NCBI GenBank assembly: GCA_964016885.1
Contig: CAXHJY010000562.1
Coordinates: 1 to 64,000 of the forward strand
Source: Eledone cirrhosa
Taxonomy: Eukaryota
Length of the DNA: 64,000 nucleotides
Reading direction: 5' to 3'
Positions within the stretch are counted from its first letter, which is position 1; each line of letters opens with the position of its first letter. Under the pieces are notes generated by a model, which was not told where the DNA came from, made no database searches, and saw nothing but the letters and a program-made list of their open reading frames with translations. Below, in pieces: positions 50,161 to 64,000 of the stretch. The position numbers and the translations under genes were made by a program.

Positions 50161-51009
50161 TATTAGTCTGTGATTTAATATTTTATTTTTGACATTTCTC
50201 ACCAGTGAAACAAGATAAATCTACTCTTTCATTAGCACCCCTGATTCTACAATGGAAAACTGTTGGTTACACCCTTCCTTATAAATTCCTGAGCTTGTAC
50301 TACTGTAAGAAATTATTACTAGTGGTACTACTGAAATCTAGTATCTTGTACTATTATTTTTGGTTTTAGACTTTATATTACATGAAATAATCAAAACCTT
50401 CTATTGAAGCATTATGTTTTATTTTAATTCTTTGATATAAAGCCGGCTGAAATCGACCATGGTTCTGGGATACTGTTTGTTTTAAAGTGTTTATATTTAT
50501 CTAAAACCCTTCCTTCATAATATGTAAGAACCTTTAAGTTATGCTCAAAACCAGAAAATAAACAAAGAGAATGTTATGTTACTAAATCCCTCCAAAGCAG
50601 TATTAGAAAGGACTATAAATGCCATATATGAGAGAAATAGGAGGGAAAGAGCAAGCACTACGAGATAAAGAATGAGGAAAAGGAGAGAGTGACAGACTCT
50701 ACACCTAGGTCAGAGCAGTGTTTTGGCTGCACCCAAAGACAAAATGACAAATAAATGTAAAAATAATATAGGAGAAATAAAAGAAACATTTTATAAAAAG
50801 AGAAAATTACCTAATATAGGTGTGGGTATGGCTCAGTAAATCATTGCACCATGAAAGAAATTTGGTTGACAAAAACTGTAGAATCCTATCTGCAGTAAAT
50901 AGCAACCAAATCTTCCACAAATCATACAATATTGTCATGAAAAAGGATGGTACATTGAATAATGTTTACCTTTGTAAATATACTTTAGTTGATGAAATGA
51001 CATCTGACT

Positions 51010-51265
51010 GAGTAGCCTCCACCACCAACTAACATCTGGGTCCTGGCCGATAGGATGGAGAATACTTTGCTCTCCAGAGCAAGTTATTCCCCATCCTATG
51101 GCAAGGGAGATGCGCTGGAACAGCCACTCCACCTCGTGGGCTCGCACCTGTGAGTAACCAACTACACTCTGATAGTGAGTAGGGATGTGATCCAGGGGTC
51201 AAGAACGCTGGAAGTCTCCACTGCTGCAGGCTCTACCACAAACCTGAGCGGCCAATGTTTATATA
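51010..51265 (-). mobile_element. Second CRE-clade C-terminal fragment
   Basis: RFVVEPAAVETSSVLDPWITSLLTI...HEVEWLFQRISLAIG; related to 39805-40038. Confidence 0.65.
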
Positions 51266-51369
51266 TAAGTAGGGAACAGCTTTTCTTTCAATTATGTTAT
51301 ATTGGAAACATGATTCTGCTCCAGTTTGGTCTTTTTACTAAAGATTATTCATATTTACTTATTAGTTCT

Positions 51370-51599
51370 TTAACCCTTTAGCATTTACATTACTCTATAT
51401 ATATACTATTGTATTTTCGCATTAAAGGCTTTATCTTGCATAATATCACACATAATATTGAATCTAGGAGATTTTGATATTATTTATTTTGAGAACAATA
51501 CCTTAACCTAAGCATGAGTGACTAGTTACAGCCAGTTTGAACAGAAAGAGGTGGGGGAATTCTGGCTGGTTATGGCCGGTTTAAATGCTAAAGGGTTAA
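51370..51599. mobile_element. piggyBac-like MITE with perfect 14-bp TIRs and TTAA TSD
   Basis: TTAA-CCCTTTAGCATTTA ... TAAATGCTAAAGGG-TTAA. Confidence 0.88.
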
Positions 51600-51815
51600 G
51601 TTTAGTTTGGAACAGTAGTGTTCATAATGTCATGTGTGTATTAACATTTTAAGCCTTCATAACTCCAACTTGAGAATCAGAATGCTCATACAAGTGGCGT
51701 ATTGGTCACTTGCTTAGTGGTTGTAGAGTTTCATGGGAACAGTAGATCTTGGATGATTGTAAATTTCTCAATGGTTGAAGCATGGTAGTTATTAAAATTG
51801 GTTTTGATATGCTGT

Positions 51816-52172
51816 ATCACCATCATCACCATCACCATCATCACCACCACTGTCACCATCATCACCACCACTATCACCATCATCACCACCATCATCACCA
51901 TCACCATCCTCACCACCACCATCATCACCACCACCATCATCACCACCACCACCATCATCACCACCACCACCATCATCATCACCACCATCATCACCACCAT
52001 CATCACCACCATCATCACCATCACCATCATCACCATCACCATCATCACCATCACCATCATCACCATCACCATCATCATCACCACCACCATCACCATCATC
52101 ATCACCACCATCATCACCATCATCATCACCATCATCATCACCATCATCACCATCATCATCACCATCATCATC
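51816..52172. repeat. (CAT/CAC)n trinucleotide array
   Basis: Direct reading; source of the poly-His ORF. Confidence 0.97.
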
Positions 52173-52325
52173 AATAATAACTAACATCCATTTTCTATGC
52201 TTGTGTGGATTAGACAGACTAGTCAAGAGATCATATCTTGCTCATACGAATCTGTCTTGGGCTTGGTTCCTACAGCTGGATGCCCTTTCCAAAGCCAACC
52301 ACATTATAGTCGGGACAGGGTGCAC
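52173..52325 (-). mobile_element. RTE-family 3' UTR leading into the (GAT/GGT)n array
   Basis: Reverse complement reads tgtggttggctttggaaagggcatccagctgtaggaacc...caagcatagaaaatggatgttag. Confidence 0.65.
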
Positions 52326-52414
52326 CAGAAGGACTACTTAACATGATGAAATGGGTGCTATTTTGTGTGTGGTACCAGCGCACACATACATACATGTATG
52401 TATGTGTTTATTTT

Positions 52415-52790
52415 GTAACTTAGCAGTTTAGCAAAAAGAAGATGGTAAATTAAGTACCAGACTTGAAAATATAAGTATCGGGGGTCGACATGATCAATTA
52501 AATTCCTTTAATCCTTTAGCATTTAAACTGGCCATATCCGGCCAGAATTCCCCCACCTCTTTCTTTTCAAACTAGCTGTAACCAGAGCTCATACTGTTCT
52601 TAAGGTATTGTTCTAAAAGTAAATATCAAAATCACATAGATTCAATATTATGTGAGATAATTATGTATGATAAAGCCTTTATCGTGAAAATATAATAGTA
52701 AATATAGAGTAATGTTAAAGGGTTAAATATAGAGTAATGCTAAAGGGCTAAAGCTGTGCCCCAGCATGGCTATAGTCTGAGTGAAAGATT
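52415..52790 (+). mobile_element. SINE remnant with a CR1-like tail, interrupted by a TTAA MITE
   Basis: taaattaagtaccag...ggggtcgac...[MITE]...gctgtgccccagcatggc. Confidence 0.6.
52508..52751. mobile_element. piggyBac-like MITE in inverted orientation, with a duplicated terminus
   Basis: Reverse complement of the 51370-51599 body; end TAAATATAGAGTAATG(T/C)TAAAGGG occurs twice. Confidence 0.8.
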
Positions 52791-53054
52791 AACAGACTAG
52801 ATATACAGTATCTCCATTCTATATACTACACTAACATGTGCAGCAGGCATATGCCATAAAGAAGCTCGAGTTATTTTCTCATTATTATAGTAGCTTACTA
52901 TCTACGTCTTACCATTCATATATTTTATTTTATCCAGACATTTGATGTCTTATCTAAAGAAAAAAACAACATGCACACACACACATACACGCCTATGTGT
53001 ATTTATGTGCATAAATATATCTATATATACACATACATGTGTGTGTGTATATAA

Positions 53055-53086
<32 letters not shown>

Positions 53087-53264
53087 TGTCTGTGTGTGTG
53101 TATATATGTGTATGTATATATATATATATTGTGTGTCTGTGTGTATATATATGTGTATGTATATATATATATATATTGTGTCTGTGTGTGTGTGTCTTGC
53201 TAATAAGTGTTTTTACGGAGGTACCTGGTACCTCCGTAAAAAGACCAGGTACCTCCGTAAAACA

Positions 53265-53697
53265 CTCCGTAAAAACACTTATTAGCAAGACATACCCGTT
53301 CCAAAGACCCTCATGTATAGATAAGAAATGTATAACCTGTAAAATAAGCACCCATATTAACTGTAAAACTAGAAATGTAGTGTATAGCATAAGATGTACT
53401 GAAGGACAATGTAGAAACAAAAATATAGTGTACATAGGTGAGACAGCTCGTAGTATAGGGGAACGGATAAATGAACACTGGCGAGACCTTCAAGATAATA
53501 AAGAATCATCTGTACTCTACCAACATGCTAAGATAGAACACAAGGGTAAATTAGAGAACATAGAAACAGAAATGGAATCCACACACAGAAAGGATGCAAT
53601 GTTTAGGCAAATTACAAAGGCAATAAACATAAAAGAATTACAACCAAAATTAAATAGAAAATATGAGTGGAACAGCAACATCACAACTTACAATTAA
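53265..53697 (+). pseudogene. Penelope-type GIY-YIG endonuclease domain
   Basis: CIDKKCITC...CKTRNVVYSIRC...C...YIGETARSIGERINEH...YQHAKIEH...RQITKA...PKLNRKYEW. The expected catalytic Glu (RQITEA) is Lys, and the RT is absent. Confidence 0.85.
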
Positions 53698-53897
53698 GGA
53701 CAAAATGAAAACACACACACACATAGAACAAACAACCAACAACATGTAAATAAATAAACAAATAGATAATTGAACACAAACACACACAGACACCCGGATG
53801 TGGCGCATGCGCAAACTGAGCACACAACACACACACAGAAACAAAATGGCATAGGACAGAAGAAAGGAAAGGCACAGAAACAAAGAAAGGAATCCCC

Positions 53898-53942
53898 AGT
53901 CACTGAAGAGGTCACAGAGTGTGTGACGAAAGGACTATGACT
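53898..53942 (+). ncRNA. Minimal type-I hammerhead ribozyme
   Basis: Stem I AGTCA/TGACT; core CTGAAGA plus G; stem II GTCACA-GAGTG-TGTGAC; GAAA; stem III A-GGAC-T; predicted cleavage after A53937. Confidence 0.8.
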
Positions 53943-54129
53943 ATATATAAACAACTATCTGGTTGTGGAACCAACCAACCAACCAACCAGAAATTTATAA
54001 GTTTGTAGATTTGTAAATTTATAAATATATAATAAATTTAAGTGAAAGCAACTGGTGCGTGTGTTTCTTATTGGCAACATGACCCTCCCAAAGTATAACA
54101 ATATATGTATATATATATATATGTGTATA

Positions 54130-54161
<32 letters not shown>

Positions 54162-54191
54162 CATATATATATACATATATGTATATATATA

Positions 54192-54700
54192 TGAAACAAA
54201 ATGAAAACGAAATTTCATTTCTCACTCTTAGTATGGCACTTACTTAAATGTAAGTATGCATGTATACGTACATACATATATGTATACAGACGTACAGTAG
54301 CATGCACATATATATATATATATACATATATATACATATGCATACAGGTACACATACATATATGCACGTATCAGTTTAGCGGCGCTTATTATAACGTCGC
54401 TTTGTTTGTTTGTAAACAAACTGAACAGCCTGAATTTATGCCATACGGTGTTAAGGCAACCACGTCACCTTTTTGTTCAACATTGACACAGGAACGATGT
54501 ACTAGTTTCAAGCTTGTTAGCTATCATCAGCACCGTTTACCCATCTGCCAGATAGTTGAACGTTCGAGTGAGAAATGAAATTTCGTTTTCATTTTGTTTC
54601 AATTTATCGTTTTCGGTATGCCTGACCGATTTCACTCACTCAATATGCAAATTAGGCTGCTCAGCCGTTAATTTTCATAAGGAAAGTATATACTTTCGAA
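54192..54700 (-). mobile_element. Hammerhead-bearing non-coding unit (Penelope pseudo-LTR or retrozyme-like) with a perfect 36-bp inverted repeat
   Basis: 54192-54227 is the exact reverse complement of 54566-54601; the hammerhead lies between them; TA arrays flank the unit. Confidence 0.6.
54493..54537 (-). ncRNA. Minimal type-I hammerhead ribozyme with palindromic stem III
   Basis: AACGGTG-CTGATGA-T-AGCT-AACA-AGCT-T-GAAA-CTAG-TA^CATCGTT; 7-bp stem I with one G.U pair; ACTAGT palindrome. Confidence 0.8.
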
Positions 54701-59738
<5,038 letters not shown>

Positions 59739-60283
59739 GAAAAAATGGGGAGAAGAATACTGCAGGTTGCACATGGATAACATGTTATAAAATGAGTCCC
59801 TCATCAGTGATTTGCCAACGATCATAGATACTTCATTGCATTAAAAATCATATACCTCACGTCGGTGCAATAATAACTAAATTAAGTTATTAGGACAAGT
59901 AAAACGCGTAAAGCGAGTGAGACAAGTAAAAAACAAAGAGGAAAGCTAACCGTAGATAGGAAGGGCACAAACTACATAGTTATTCTGTCAGCATAAGCTG
60001 GGTGAATATATGAGCGCGTAGAAAAAAGACCTTTTGAGATGAATCCAAATTTAAGAAAGAAGGAAATTGTTTTCGTCGCGAACGGGGTGAAGTGAGAAGG
60101 GGAGAAACAGTGAGTGAGTGGAAGTGTGAGGAAGAGGTCAGTAGAGAGAAAGTGTTAACTGACATGACAGAGGGGGCGAAAGAAAGTAAGAGAAACAGAG
60201 AGAAAGAGGGAGCAGTAAGAGTAAGAGAGAGAGAGAGAGAGAAAAACAGAATCGCAGTTTAGGTAAATATATGTGAATGTATA

Positions 60284-60325
<42 letters not shown>

Positions 60326-60328
60326 CAC

Positions 60329-60435
<107 letters not shown>

Positions 60436-60466
60436 TATATATATACACATATATATATATATACAC

Positions 60467-60549
<83 letters not shown>

Positions 60550-60571
60550 TATATATATATATATATACACA

Positions 60572-61617
60572 GGGTGCTCTGAAAGTACAGTAGCTAGAGT
60601 CAGAACTGGATGGAAAAAGTTCAGAGAGCTTATACCACTATTAGCCGCTAGAGGGTTCTCCCTAAAAATGAAAGGCAGGTTATACGATGCCTGCATACGA
60701 ACAGCAATGCTGCATGGCAGTGAGACCTGGGCATTGTGTGCAGAGGATATACGCAGACTAGAGAGGAACGAAGCTTGCATGCTCCGCTGGATGTGCAATA
60801 GTAATATACGTGAACGGCAAAGCATAAACGAACTAAGGAAAAAATTAGAAATAAGAGGGATCAGATGTTGTTTACTCGAGAGAAGGCTACGTTGGTACGG
60901 TCACGTGATGCGCATGAAAGACGACAGCTGTATAACAAAGTGCAGGGCAATAAAGATAGACGGTAGCCACGGAGTAGGCAGACCCAGAAAAACATGGGAC
61001 GAGCTGATAAATTCCGACCTCACACGCTTACACCTCTCCAAGACAATGTCACTGGACCGAGACCTTTGGCGGTACTCAGTAATAGAGAAGACCCGCCTTA
61101 CCTAAATACAGAGTAAAAACCTACTACAGTCAGTAGGCATCTCTATCAAAACACACCCCCGTCCCACCACCTCCACCCCACCCACACCGCCCCTTTCAAT
61201 GTAAAGTTATGTTGGTCCCACAACATCCAGGCCGAAACAAATGAGATCGTTTAGGTGTCACGACAAAAAACACACAGTCCACGCTGTAAATGTGGCCGTG
61301 TAGGCAACACGGTAAAAACCTCCCAGCCCCACACTGTAAATGTGGTTGGTGTTAGGAAGGGCATCCAGCTGTAGAAAACCCACCAGACAGTCCACGCTGT
61401 AATGTGGCCGTGTAGGCAACACGGTAAAAACCTCCCAGCCCCACACTGTAAATGTGGTTGGTGTTAGGAAGGGCATCCAACTGTAGAAAACCCGCCAGAC
61501 AGTCCTATGCGAGCAAGAGAACCACTCTTGCCTCAAGTGGGAAAACCCCCGCCCAAACCCATGCAAGCGTGGAACACGGACGCTAAACCTGATGATGATG
61601 ATGATGATGATGATGAT
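60572..61617 (+). mobile_element. 5'-truncated RTE LINE, same subfamily as 4819-7282, in a TA array
   Basis: Open frame [20 protein letters not shown]...EKTRLT ending at 61105; 3' UTR with a tandem duplication of about 113 bp; (GAT)9 tail. Confidence 0.92.

Positions 61618-64000
<2,383 letters not shown>

Larger units (their letters stand above)
53193..54103 (+). mobile_element. 5'-truncated Penelope-like retroelement, probably Naiad-type, in TG/TA microsatellite
   Basis: Fold-back 5' junction, C-terminal GIY-YIG ORF, hammerhead, and tail catgaccctcccaaagtataacaata followed by (TA)n. Confidence 0.85.

Noticed and set aside
51782-52177. Poly-His protein
   Set aside because: A (CAT/CAC)n repeat open in several frames on both strands; better explained as an expanded retroelement tail.
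53697-53897. SECIS element or selenoprotein coding, as reported for some Naiad elements
   Set aside because: No in-frame TGA in the GIY-YIG frame and no pairable AUGA...AA...GA stem found by eye.
59779-59812. Minus-strand CTGATGAG...AACATGTT hammerhead-like motif
   Set aside because: No GAAA, no stem II partner and no stem I; at most a deleted relic.

Overview
Repeat-dominated, apparently gene-free animal genomic DNA. The SINE, MITE and RTE repertoire resembles what I recall from cephalopod (Octopus) genomes; this is an inference. Roughly half of the window is very long, interrupted (TA)n microsatellite (about 1-25.6 kb and 54.7-64 kb), which produces almost all long ORFs in the track as poly-Tyr/Ile artefacts. 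The arrays contain 5'-truncated non-LTR retroelements: RTE-clade LINEs, the longest with an RT domain and a PHD-like finger, and a CR1/L2-group 3' end. The central 25.6-54.7 kb is a mosaic of tRNA/Meta-like SINEs, hAT, mariner, Tigger and piggyBac-like MITEs, Helitrons, a dead Buster/Charlie-type transposase, and CRE, Vingi and RTE remnants. The most notable signal is a set of minimal type-I hammerhead ribozymes linked to Penelope-like (probably Naiad-type GIY-YIG) sequences. Two look intact (53898-53942 +, 54493-54537 -) and at least one is decayed (30541-30585 -). Each lies in a unit with inverted-repeat or fold-back structure. No intact host gene is supported.
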